NCBI GenBank assembly: GCA_964016885.1
Contig: OZ024742.1
Coordinates: 49,352,001 to 49,416,000, forward strand
Direction of reading: 5' to 3'
Source: Eledone cirrhosa
Lineage: Eukaryota
Length of the DNA stretch: 64,000 nt
The position numbers were made by a program, and so were the translations under genes. The notes beneath the pieces are model-generated. The model did no database searches. It saw only the letters and a list, made by a program, of their open reading frames with translations, and was not told where the DNA came from. This document shows, piece by piece, positions 13,037 to 25,856 of the stretch. Each line of letters opens with the position of its first letter. The stretch's first letter is position 1.

Positions 13037-14104
13037 ACAAAAACTGTTTATTTTAAAGTGTTTATATTTATCTAAAATCTCCCATCAAAATCTTATGTAT
13101 GAAACTTTAAATTATGTATAATAATGAGCATAATAATGAGAAATTTAGTTATACAAAATCCCTCCATATTCCTGATTATTTTCCTAATCATAGGCAATGT
13201 CTTTCATTAAACATATAATGAAAGGGTTTCTGAATGATTTGGTAGGGTTTCCTAAAACTATGAATTACTAAGACAGTAATGTAACATATTGTTCATCTAT
13301 TAAATTGAAAGGGCAAAATTGTGATTTGTATAGAAACATTTTAAATTGAGTGATATCAAACAGTTAACATTGTGAAAGGAAAGAGTTGCCATTTTTTTTT
13401 TAAACATTTTTCATCAACAATTATATTGGTTGAGTAATGAAGCTAACAGAAGGTTTTAAAAAATACTTGTAAATTTTTAAAGAGATAAAATTGTTGATAT
13501 ACTTTCCATAGATTATTTGCCAGTTAAAGAAGAAATGTTATTCACGAATGATTATAGCTGGTTAATTATCATAAAATCCTTTTCAAGTTACTCGGGATGT
13601 TTTGTCCCTAAATCAATCATAAAATTATAGCCTACTATTTTCTTGTCAGGGATGTTTAACTCTTTCATTACAATATTTCTATTGAAAGACTTTATTTATG
13701 GTTTTCAAATAATCTTGAAAATAATCAAGAATTTAGATAGATTTGGTAATAGACATTCTCGTTATTAAGTTAGCAATGTGTCTTACATAAAATTACAATG
13801 GAACTCTTCTAGATAAATATAAACACTTTAAAACAAATAAACTTGTATCATAGCACTATGGGCTGTTGGGTTATTTGGTATCAAATGGTTAACATCTCAG
13901 CACAGAGAGGTTTCTGGGATGCTCAGTACTGTACTACTCTGCTATTAAACATAAACTCAAATCACAGTTGTACAGTTAGCAAATGGAACATTCTCATGTA
14001 GTAAATGTGTGACATGTAAAATATAATCAAACTCAAGTAATGCAGAAAAAACAACAACTAATAGAAACAGCACTTAAAATAGAACAAGCAACAATTTTGG
14101 GGGA

Positions 14105-14310
14105 GCAGTAGCATATAGAGAGGGGAGGGAACAGAGTGTATGGCAGCCTCGGGCATCTGTACTGAACACCGTGCCCACTTAGATTTCTCAAGGATCCACC
14201 CAAAAATCTGAATCCAGTTTTCTGTCCACTTAATGAAAGGCCCTATACTTGAGGTTTAGGCATACAATCAAGACGTTGGCCCTAGGCATCACCAAACCTC
14301 TGCATACCAT
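14105..14310. mobile_element. Possible hAT-type MITE relic
   Basis: Ends cagtagcatatagagagggg / cctctgcataccatt resemble CAGTGGCGTA...TACGCCACTG TIRs. Confidence 0.35.
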
Positions 14311-15973
14311 TTCTTTTTGTGATTACAAATATATGGGATAGTTATCAGAATGAGTTGCGTACTAGTATGACCCTCACTCTGAACAGTCAATACAAATCTA
14401 TATATATTCAAATTTATATTTGTTTTTTCTCCAAACTTTGTTTTATGAAATGGACAAATCATAAACCTTCTGATGAAAAATTAACAAAAAAGAAAATAAT
14501 AATTAGTTCCCTCCTTTCCAAATATTGATGATTCTTGCAATTTTGTAGCGACTAATGAAAGTTACTTCTATTAAATATTATTAAAAAAGGAAGGCACCAA
14601 ACAAACAAAACATTTGCCATTATAAATTCTCACAAACTTTTCTATTTATTTTTATTTCAATTTTTAAAAATATATTTTATGTCTGCTTTCTAAAATTTAT
14701 TGATGGATTTTCTTTAAGTAATTATGCTTCTCCTTTCTTCTTTGAAAGTGCTTCTGAATCCTCTTGGCCTAAATAGTTAAACTAGACACTTTAAATTGAT
14801 TTCATAATTTTCTTCTTTTTTCTCTCTTCTTTCATCTCACTCTTTCATTTTCACTCCTACTTCCTTTCTATCCTTTTTACTACTTCATGCTTTTGCCACT
14901 GTCTGTTTTTTTTCTATTTTCATATTACCATTCATTTTTTAGTATCTCTCTTTCACTTCCCCCTTCCATATTTCTCATATCAGTTCCTTATTTCACTCTC
15001 TCATACTATTCTTTTTTTGTTTCTCTTCTTTTCATTTTTTCTCCTACACTCTCTCTCTCATTAATCTCCCTATTTCACTCATGCCCTCTCTCTGTATCTT
15101 AATCTTTATATCACTCTCTTTTTAATTTCTTTCTTCCATAGTGAGTATGTATATGTCTGTGTGTATGTGTATGTGTTTGCATATTTAAATGCCTGTATTT
15201 GCTCATGTACTTTCAACATCATACATTTCAATTTTCAATTGATTTATCTCATTTTAGTAAAGCACTTTTGGGTGATTACTGTCAGAAAAATATAGCACTA
15301 CCTTAACAAATGTACACACTCAAAGGCATGCTCATGTACACACACTCACACACATGCACATGGACATCCACACACACACACATACACACTATAAAAAAAG
15401 GAATGCTTAATTAAGGTTCATTTCTATACAACACAATCAGCAAAAAGTTTTAGTGCAGGACAATTAGCTAAAATTAATAATACATATATTTAAAAAAGAA
15501 GACAAATGAAAGGAAAATACATAGACTTCCATCTATATGCAGTAATTGCATAGAATAAGTGGGTATGAAAGAACTAAACGTAAAACCAAAATAGAGATAA
15601 AAAAATATGTTTAAAATGTAGAAAAAAAAAAATCATAAATTATTAAAATAAGAAAAACATAAAAAACTTAATTAATCAACATAAAAGCAAATTAAAAAAA
15701 ATTGCTAAAATTTCAAAAAAAACATCAACAGTCAGAAACGTGTAAAAAAATGTTAGTGCTTTAGCAATCTATATCAGAAACAGAAATATTTGTAGGGTGG
15801 AGGAATTGTATTTTAATTAGAGTTGTAGAACATTTAAATTTGCTACTTATGTCAGAGATAGCATATAAGCTTAAATCCTCTCACCTGTTGGTTGTCTGTA
15901 CCTAAATAATTCAGTCATCTCCACTGTTTTACTTTTCTCTTTTCACTGTCTGTTTTATATCATGTGTTATTAT

Positions 15974-16135
15974 CATTGACACTAGGAAAGGCATCCAGCT
16001 GTAGAAACCTATCCAGAAACAGTCCTATATGAGTAAGACATGGTCACCTGACCCAACTTACCTCAAATGGGATGACCCGTTTAACCCATGCTAGCATGGA
16101 AAATGTACATTAAACAATGATGATGACGATGATGA
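15974..16135 (+). mobile_element. RTE/SINE-A 3' end fragment
   Basis: aggaaaggcatccagctgtagaaa...aacccatgctagcatggaaa...(GAT)n. Confidence 0.75.
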
Positions 16136-16727
16136 TATTATTAGAGTAAAGAGAAATAAATAAATGGAAATAATGATCCTTTGTTCTTATCTAAACAAAT
16201 CAAAATTCTATTGGTCTTTTCAACCAACAAAATCAACATTTATTCCTGTTTTGAATATCATTAGATTATATTGCCAGTCCTTACCTACAGGAAGTGATTT
16301 CAATCATAGCTTTTCTATATATTATTTTCCCTATAGAAGCTATTGTGTACAGATTTCGATTGCATCAGGCTCCCCAGTCATCATTCTGGTTCATTATATT
16401 TAGTAAGTTATGTGCAGATTACTGTGTGTATGTGTGTGTGTACATGTACACCTACCCACACAATTTAGCATTACCATTATCATTCATCAAACATCCATTT
16501 ACCCTGCTACCAAGGGCTGGAAGAATTGTCACAGACAAAGACAGCATAAATGTTTATATGTATATGCATGTGGGTGTGAGTGTGGGTGTTTTTGTATGCA
16601 TGTTTGAATACATGCATATGAATATATATATATATATATATATATATTAACATTGACACTAGGAAAGGCATCCAGCTGTAGAAACCTATCCAGAAACAGT
16701 CCTATATGAGTAAGACATGATCACCTG

Positions 16728-18285
16728 GGCTCTTAGAAAACTAGGTGTTGACGAATGGCTTGTGAGAGCTATACAAGCCATGTATAAAGAAACAGTCAGC
16801 AAGGTTAGAATTAACAACGAATATAGTGAAGAGTTTAGCGTAAAAGTTGGTGTCCATCAGGGCTCTGTTCTTAGCCCCCTACTATTTATTATTGCCCTTC
16901 AGGCTATAACAGAGGAGTTCAAGACCGGCTGCCCATGGGAACTCCTATACACAGATGATCTAACGCTCATAGCTGAATCAATGGCCGAGCTAGAGAAGAA
17001 ATTCCAAACATGGAAGCACGGCCTAGAATCAAAAGGCCTTAAAATTAACCTGGCTAAGACTAAAGTTCTAGTTTGTAGGAAAGAAAATAAGGCGCCGGTC
17101 CCTTCCGGGAAATGGCCATGCTCAGTGTGTAGGAAAGGCGTAGGTAGAAACTCCATTTTATGTCTCAAATGCAAAGTATGGGTGCATAAAAGATGTAGTG
17201 GGATCACAGGTAAGCTAACTAAGAACACAGATTTTACATGTGGCTGGTGCTCTGGTGCAATAAGTAGCAGCAAGTGCCCACAAAATACTAGCTCTTTCAA
17301 TTGCGCAGAGGGTTCTATACAAATAGTGGACAGCTTCCGTTACCTGGGTGACAAAATCAGCAGTGGGGGAGGGTGCTCTGAAAGTACAGTAGCTAGAGTC
17401 AGAACTGGATGGAAAAAGTTCAGAGAGCTTATACCACTATTAGCCGCTAAAGGGTTTTCTCTAAAAATGAAAGGCAGGTTGTATGATGCCTTCATACGAA
17501 CAGCAATGTTGCATGGCAGTGAGACCTGGGCATTGTGTGCAGAGGATATACGCAGACTAGAGAGGAACGAAGCTTGCATGCTCCGCTGGATGTGTAATAG
17601 TAATATACGTGAACGGCAAAGCATAAACGAACTAAGGAAAAAATTAGAAATAAGAGGGATCAGATGTTGTTTACTCGAGAGAAGGCTACGTTGGTATGGT
17701 CACGTGATGTGCATGAAAGACGAGAGCTGTATAACAAAGTGCAGGGCAATAAAGATAGATGGTAGCCACGGAGTAGGCAGACCCAGAAAAACCTGGGATG
17801 AGCTGATAAATTCTGACCTCACACACTTACACCTCTCCATGACAATGTCACTGGACCTAGACCTTTGGCGGTACTCAGTAATAGAGAAGAGCCGACTTAC
17901 CTAAATACAAAGTAAAACCTACTACAGTCAGTAGGCATCTCTAACAAAATACACCCCGTCCCACCACCCCCACCGCATCCACACCGCCCCTTTCAATGTA
18001 AAGTTATGTCGGTGCCACAACATCCAGGCCGAAACAAATGAGATCGTGTAGGTGTCACGACAAAAAACACACAGTCCACGCTGTAATGTGGCCATGTAGG
18101 CAACACGGTAAAAACCTCCCAGTCCCACACTGTAAATGTGGTTGGTGTTAGGAAGGGCATCCAGCTGTAGAAAACCCGCCAGACAGTCCTATGCGCGCAA
18201 GACAACCACTCTTGCCTCAAGAGGGAAAACTTCCGTCCAAACCCATGCAAGCATGGAACATGGACGTTAAACGATGATGATGATG

Positions 18286-18287
<2 letters not shown>
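16728..18287 (+). mobile_element. 5'-truncated RTE LINE (copy 2), 395-aa open C-terminal RT region with PHD-like finger
   Basis: ORF 16717-17904 has GVHQGSVLSPLLF, LLYTDD and RLRWYGHV. Near-identical to copy 1, with the same 3' UTR and (GAT)n tail. Confidence 0.95.
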
Positions 18288-18321
<34 letters not shown>

Positions 18322-18364
18322 CATCATCATCATCGTTTAACGTCCATGTTCCACGCTTGCATGG

Positions 18365-18404
<40 letters not shown>

Positions 18405-19882
18405 TCATGTGTGCATATGCATATAAATATATATATATATGTATGTGTGTGTATGGATGTGTGGGTGTGTGTGTATATAAATATACATATGTATGTATGT
18501 GTGTATATGAATATGTGGGTGTGTGTTTGTATACACAATAGTTATCTACACAAACACTGTTGCTCTTATGTTCCTGTGGGAAAATGTTATCACTGCTTAG
18601 TCTGAAAAACTAGTAAAATAAACAGTCCTTTTGCCTGGCATTGATTAAAACTACATGAATAAGAGAATGTTCCTAAAACATTATAGATTGTTTAAGACTA
18701 TGATGTCAGCATTGCCTCTACTCTATTAACATTAAACATAAAAGACAGTATGTCATACTGAAACCTTCCTCTAGATTCTCATTGTGTATTTGTTAGCCCT
18801 ATTTTGTTATGTTGAAAGCAATAGAAGAAATTCCTTTTCAGCTTAACCTTCCCATCTAAAATTCAAATTTAATTTTCAAATCTCTTTTCTTTAAAACTCA
18901 TCTAATGGTGACTTAATGTTTTCAACTGTTATCATTAACTTCTCTAAACGTAAATCTAAATGAAATCTATTAATGAAAAATCCTAATTAATTATTTTTTT
19001 CACATCTTGAAGCATTTTAAAGCATAATATTTTATATGAATGAACATTTAACACTCAGTATTGTTATTGTCAAGCATCTGCAGTGAATGAGAAAATATTA
19101 AGATTTAAATTGATTGTGGAATATATCTGTTACAGCTTCAATATTCCCTCCCCTACCTGCCATCGTCATGACACCCTAACACCCATTGTTCAACATTACT
19201 TCCCCTTTCTTCCATCAACATCACCCTTACCCCTTATTGTTCAACATAATCCCTACACTGATTGTTAATTTTATTTGCTGTTATGCTTCACCATATGTAA
19301 CCAATGCTATTATCAAAGTTGAAGACCAGAAGGCATGCTAACATTTTGATATTGATATTTGGTAGCTATGAATTAATATTAGCCAGGAAACATCTGTGTT
19401 CTCCTCGATGTTTGATTACAAATATAACAATATCAAACACATCTAATGCTCTGGGAGAGACAAATGTGGCCTAAAAAGTGTAGACTATTAACACAAAGTT
19501 TAGCCCATTGATTATCATATTTCTAATTAAACACAGTATTCAAATTAATTAATGAAGAAATAGAAGAGATCTACTCAAATTATTGATATTTTCATGAATG
19601 TGTTCTTTGTAAGAAAACTTAACAAATGGCGAAAATATATGGTCTCTGTTTTTGTTGTTGTTTTCTTCCGTAATAACTACATCCAGTAGTTAATCATGCA
19701 CTGTGGTGAAATATACTGTCTTTAATGTGTAAAAACATCAGCAATCCACAGCAGACAACCGGAGATCAGGAATTGTCCTCATATTTGTCTTGCTCTTACA
19801 TTTTCTAAACAATATTTATTAGTAACCACACAGCACCTTTGTCACTTTTAATTCATATATATATATATATATGTTATTATTA

Positions 19883-20078
19883 TGGATTGGCAGTATCGGT
19901 AGAGGGGCAGACGACATGATTTGCAGCAAAGAGTTACGGCTCTTTATGGTCTGAGTTCAAATCCCGCCGAGGTTAACTTTGCCTTTCATCCTTACGAGGT
20001 CGATAAAATAAAGTACCAGTAATACACTGAGATAATTGCTGGCCTTGTGCCAAAAGTAGAAAAAATTATTATTATTAT
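19883..20078 (+). mobile_element. tRNA-derived SINE family B (CORE-like domain, (ATT)n tail)
   Basis: A box tggcagtatcggt, B box gagttcaaatccc, gcctttcatccttacgaggtcgataaaataaagtaccag. Confidence 0.85.
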
Positions 20079-20362
20079 AAAATGGCAGGAGACTGGACTG
20101 GGATAATTCCTTAAAGATTTATTATAGGCTTGAAGGCGGCCGCCCGGAATAGTAGCTGCTAATTTTTGGCCGTCTTCTCGTCTTGGGCATTTCTCTCTGC
20201 TTTTCAGCCCCTTCGATTGTGTCATTATTATATTCCTTTGTTGGATAAATTTCGGAATACCTGATGATGCTAGCAGATTCATACTGAACTCAATCATTGA
20301 AAAGATCATAGTATAATAAATATTTAAGGAATTACAACATTCCAGCCTCCTGTCATTTTATA
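20077..20362 (+). mobile_element. Short element with ~50-bp inverted ends and a degenerate hammerhead (20257-20314)
   Basis: ataaaatggcaggagactgga...ttccttaaagatttattata vs tataataaatatttaaggaa...tccagcctcctgtcattttat. Motif ATAC CTGATGA...GAAA AGATCA TA GTAT. Confidence 0.6.
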
Positions 20363-20514
20363 ACAATTATCTCCGTACTCGCACCACCAACAACACAAAC
20401 GAAGACGGGTGGGTTGCATTACATCGAGTGTTCTCCCTAATATTACATCTAGGTTAACTATACAGAATGACCGGTTCTATCCAGTGGTGAACTAACAAAC
20501 CCAAATGAGTATAT

Positions 20515-20994
20515 ATGTATTGTCCCTCAAGGACTCAGGTATAGACTACTCCATTCAATGGAAAGCCATCACTAAGTCCAAGCCATACGCAAGGGCCAAT
20601 CCGTCTTGTGGACTGTTTATTGAAGAAAGGTTAAATATTCTAAGGAGATTACACAATAGCGATTGACTAAATTCAAGAAATGAAATCTTCTCACGTTGTC
20701 CACATGTCTGGAAACACCTCTTCCATAACTACAAAGCTCCGGATTGAATAACAACAACATTATAATTTTCTAATCAACTCGAACACCTTTTCCGGACTTT
20801 CTCAGTTATCTCCCTTACACATTTCGCCTGTAGCTTTGTATTGCTTGGGTGAAAAGACCGTTTCTGCGCATGCTCATTCTTACGGTTGTTCTTCCTGTTC
20901 CGTATAACTATGACCAGTACAAGCTGAAGATCCGCTAAGGTGAAACAATTGTTCTCGGTATGGTGACCTAACTGTTGTGTTACTATTTCTATAT
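20515..20994 (+). mobile_element. PLE 3' fragment (GIY-YIG C-terminus + 3' UTR hammerhead), same family as 42131-42820
   Basis: tccctcaaggactcaggtatagactactccattcaatggaaagccatc...aaagctccggattga is nearly identical to 42370-42595. Shares the 3' UTR. Confidence 0.88.
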
Positions 20995-21777
20995 ATGTTA
21001 CATGGCAGTGAGACATGGGCATTGTGTGCAGAAGATCTGCACAGACTAGAGAGGAACGAAGCTTGCATGCTCCGTTGGATGTGTAATAGTAATATACGTG
21101 AACGGCAAAGCATAAATGAACTAAGTGAGAAATTAGGAATAAGAGGGATCAGATGATGCTTACTCGAGAGAAGACTACATTGGTATGGTCACGTGATGCG
21201 CATGAAAAACGACAGCTGTATAAAAAAGTGCAAGGCGATCAAAATTCATGGAAGGTACTGAGTAGGCAGACCCAGAAAAACCTGGGACGATTTGATAAAT
21301 TCCGACCGAACACACTTACACCTCTCCAAGACAATGTCACTGGACCGAGATCTTTGGCGCTACGCAGTAATACTGAAGACCCGCTTTGCCTATGTACAAA
21401 GCGAAACCTACAGTCAGTAGGCACCTCTTAACCCAAAATACACCCCCATCCCACAAACCCTACTCCCAACCACATCAACACCATCCCTTCTCTGTAAAGT
21501 TATGTTGGTACCACAACATCCAGTCCTAAATAAATGAGGTGAGGTCGTGTAGGTGTCACGACAAAAAAGCACACAGTCCACGCTGTAATGTGGCCATGTA
21601 GGTAACACGGTAAAAACTTCCCAGTCCACACTGTAAACGTGGTTGGTGTTAGGAAGGGCATCCAGCCGTAGAAAACCTGCCAGACAGTCCTATACGAGCA
21701 AGACAACCAATCTTGCCCCAAGTGTGACAATTCCCGTCTAAACCCATGCTAGCGTGGAAGATAGACGTTAAACTATT

Positions 21778-21788
<11 letters not shown>
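20995..21788 (+). mobile_element. 5'-truncated RTE LINE (copy 3), degenerate
   Basis: Homologous to the 3' 0.8 kb of copies 1/2 (catggcagtgagacatgggcattgtgtgcag ... gacgttaaac + (GAT)n). Inserted immediately after the TA tail of a PLE fragment. Confidence 0.92.
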
Positions 21789-21809
<21 letters not shown>

Positions 21810-21834
21810 ATATATATAGTAATAATAATAAATT

Positions 21835-22717
<883 letters not shown>

Positions 22718-22726
22718 TATATACAT

Positions 22727-23020
22727 AAAGGGAAAATGCGAAGTTGTGGATTTTAGTCTTTTATTAATTGAGCTGTTATACATATTTCCATGACAGTAGA
22801 TATAGTGATTTCTTCAGACAGCAAATTTGCGTAAAATGTAACATTCTGAGACAATTATGGACTTTAAAACATATATGTTTTTTCTTTGGATCTCCACTTC
22901 CCTCTAACTTTCAGAACTTCCCAACAACTGTCTAAAAAAAATCTATCGTCATGGAAATATGTATAATGGCTCAATTAATAAGAGACTCTAACACCTACAA
23001 CTTCACATTTTCCTCTTTAT
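22727..23020. mobile_element. Older inverted-arm element with degenerate hammerheads
   Basis: Arms ~22727-22822 / 22927-23020. Minus 22772-22822: GCTGT CTGAAGA ... GTCATG GAAA TATGTA TA ACAGC. Confidence 0.65.
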
Positions 23021-23099
23021 AAATATACTCCGTCATCCTTATTTTAAAGAAGTAATATGACGTTGAGTGCTTGAAGTGAATTGCATCTTTGTATACCGA

Positions 23100-23100
23100 A

Positions 23101-23132
<32 letters not shown>

Positions 23133-23442
23133 AATATATATATATTTATATATATACATATGTGCATATATATACATATATATATATATGCACATATACT
23201 GTATATATATATATATTTATTATTATTACTATATATATATATATATATACATATATATGTACATATATACATATATATGTATATGTATACATATATGTAT
23301 ATATATAAATATATATATATACATATATATGTATATATGTATATATATATATATATAGTAATAATAATAAATATATATATATATATACATATGTGCATAT
23401 ATATACATATACATATATATACATATATATACAAATATATAC

Positions 23443-23487
<45 letters not shown>

Positions 23488-24066
23488 TATACATATATAT
23501 ATATATACATATATATGCATATATATATATGTATTTATTATTATTACTATATATATATACATATATATATATATATGCATATATATATATATGTATTTAT
23601 TATTATTACTATATATATATACATATATATATATATACACATATATATACATATATATATATACATATATATATATACATAAACACAAAACCAACCACGC
23701 ATATCTTCACTATCTCTAATCCTTCTATAGATTTAGAAAAATAACCAATAATATATTCTATAAAAAATGTCAAAACAACAGATGGGAATCTAATTACTCA
23801 CTGCCACCAAGAATTCTCACTGCTATCGAAAAACCACTCCTTCAACTATTCTTCTAACAACTTCACCCCTCCCTCCTAATATTCTCTATAAAAACTAAAT
23901 AGGTCCTCAGTAATATTATTCTGATGAAATGACAGTAAATAATAACATTGAAATATTGAATGTCTGCATAACTAAAAGTTTGTAGATAGCTGTTTTAGGT
24001 TATGTAACTGTTATAGAAACACGTGTCAATAAATTCCTTTCAACTAAACTGTATCCATTCAAATCT

Positions 24067-24117
<51 letters not shown>

Positions 24118-24139
24118 TATATACATATATACATATATG

Positions 24140-24229
<90 letters not shown>

Positions 24230-24293
24230 TATATATACATATATGCTTATATATATATATATATATATATATATGCATATATATACATATATG

Positions 24294-24350
<57 letters not shown>
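23100..24350. repeat. Compound (TA)n/(TACA)n microsatellite arrays (23100-23680, 24070-24350)
   Basis: Direct reading. Confidence 0.95.
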
Positions 24351-24353
<3 letters not shown>

Positions 24354-24403
24354 AGTATGTATGTATACGTACATACATATATGTATACAGACGTACAGTA
24401 GCA

Positions 24404-24467
<64 letters not shown>

Positions 24468-24652
24468 TATATACACATATATACACATATGCATACAGGT
24501 ACACATACATATATGCACGCATCAGTTTAGCCGGCGTTTATTATAACGCCGGCCGCTTTGTTCGTTTGTTTGTCAACAAAGCGAACAGCCTGAATTTATG
24601 CCATACGGTGTTAAGGCAACCACGTCACCTTTTTGTTCAACACTGACACAGG

Positions 24653-24697
24653 AACGATGTACTAGTTTCAAGCTTGTTAGCTATCATCAGCACCGTT
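24653..24697 (-). ncRNA. Minimal type I hammerhead (inverted copy)
   Basis: Reverse complement of 25557-25601. Confidence 0.85.
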
Positions 24698-24932
24698 TAC
24701 CCATCTGCCAGATAGTTGAACGTTCGAAAGTATATACTTTCCTTATGAAAATTAACGGCTGAGCAGCCTAATTTGCATATTGAGTGAGTTAAATCGGTCA
24801 GGCATACCGAAAACGATAAGTTGAAAAAAAATGAAAACGAAATTTCATTTCTCACTCTTAGTATGGCACTTACTTAAATGTAAGTATGTATGTATACGTA
24901 CATACATATATGTATACAGACGTACAGTAGCA

Positions 24933-24996
<64 letters not shown>

Positions 24997-25257
24997 TATA
25001 TACACATATATACACATATGCATACAGGTACACATACATATATGCACGCATCAGTTTAGCCGGCGTTTATTATAACGCCGGCCGCTTTGTTCGTTTGTTT
25101 GTCAACAAAGCGAACAGCCTATGGCATAAATTCAGGCTGTTCGCTTTGTTGACAAACAAACGAACAAAGCGGCCGGCGTTATAATAAACGCCGGCTAAAC
25201 TGATGCGTGCATATATGTATGTGTACCTGTATGCATATGTGTATATATGTGTATATA

Positions 25258-25321
<64 letters not shown>

Positions 25322-25556
25322 TGCTACTGTACGTCTGTATACATATATGTATGTACGTATACATACATACTTACATTTAAGTAAGTGCCATACTAAGAGT
25401 GAGAAATGAAATTTCGTTTTCATTTTTTTTCAACTTATCGTTTTCGGTATGCCTGACCGATTTAACTCACTCAATATGCAAATTAGGCTGCTCAGCCGTT
25501 AATTTTCATAAGGAAAGTATATACTTTCGAACGTTCAACTATCTGGCAGATGGGTA

Positions 25557-25601
25557 AACGGTGCTGATGATAGCTAACAAGCTTGAAACTAGTACATCGT
25601 T
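25557..25601 (+). ncRNA. Minimal type I hammerhead
   Basis: AACGGTG CTGATGA T AGCT AACA AGCT T GAAAC TA GTA CATCGTT: 7-bp stem I with one G-U, canonical core, palindromic ACTAGT. Confidence 0.85.
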
Positions 25602-25786
25602 CCTGTGTCAGTGTTGAACAAAAAGGTGACGTGGTTGCCTTAACACCGTATGGCATAAATTCAGGCTGTTCGCTTTGTTGACAAACAAACGAACAAAGCG
25701 GCCGGCGTTATAATAAACGCCGGCTAAACTGATGCGTGCATATATGTATGTGTACCTGTATGCATATGTGTATATATGTGTATATA

Positions 25787-25856
<70 letters not shown>

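Noticed and set aside
16717-17904. 395-aa ORF as a domesticated host gene
   Set aside because: Catalytic YADD is changed to YTDD, the copy is 5'-truncated and near-identical to other copies, and the ATG arises from the junction.
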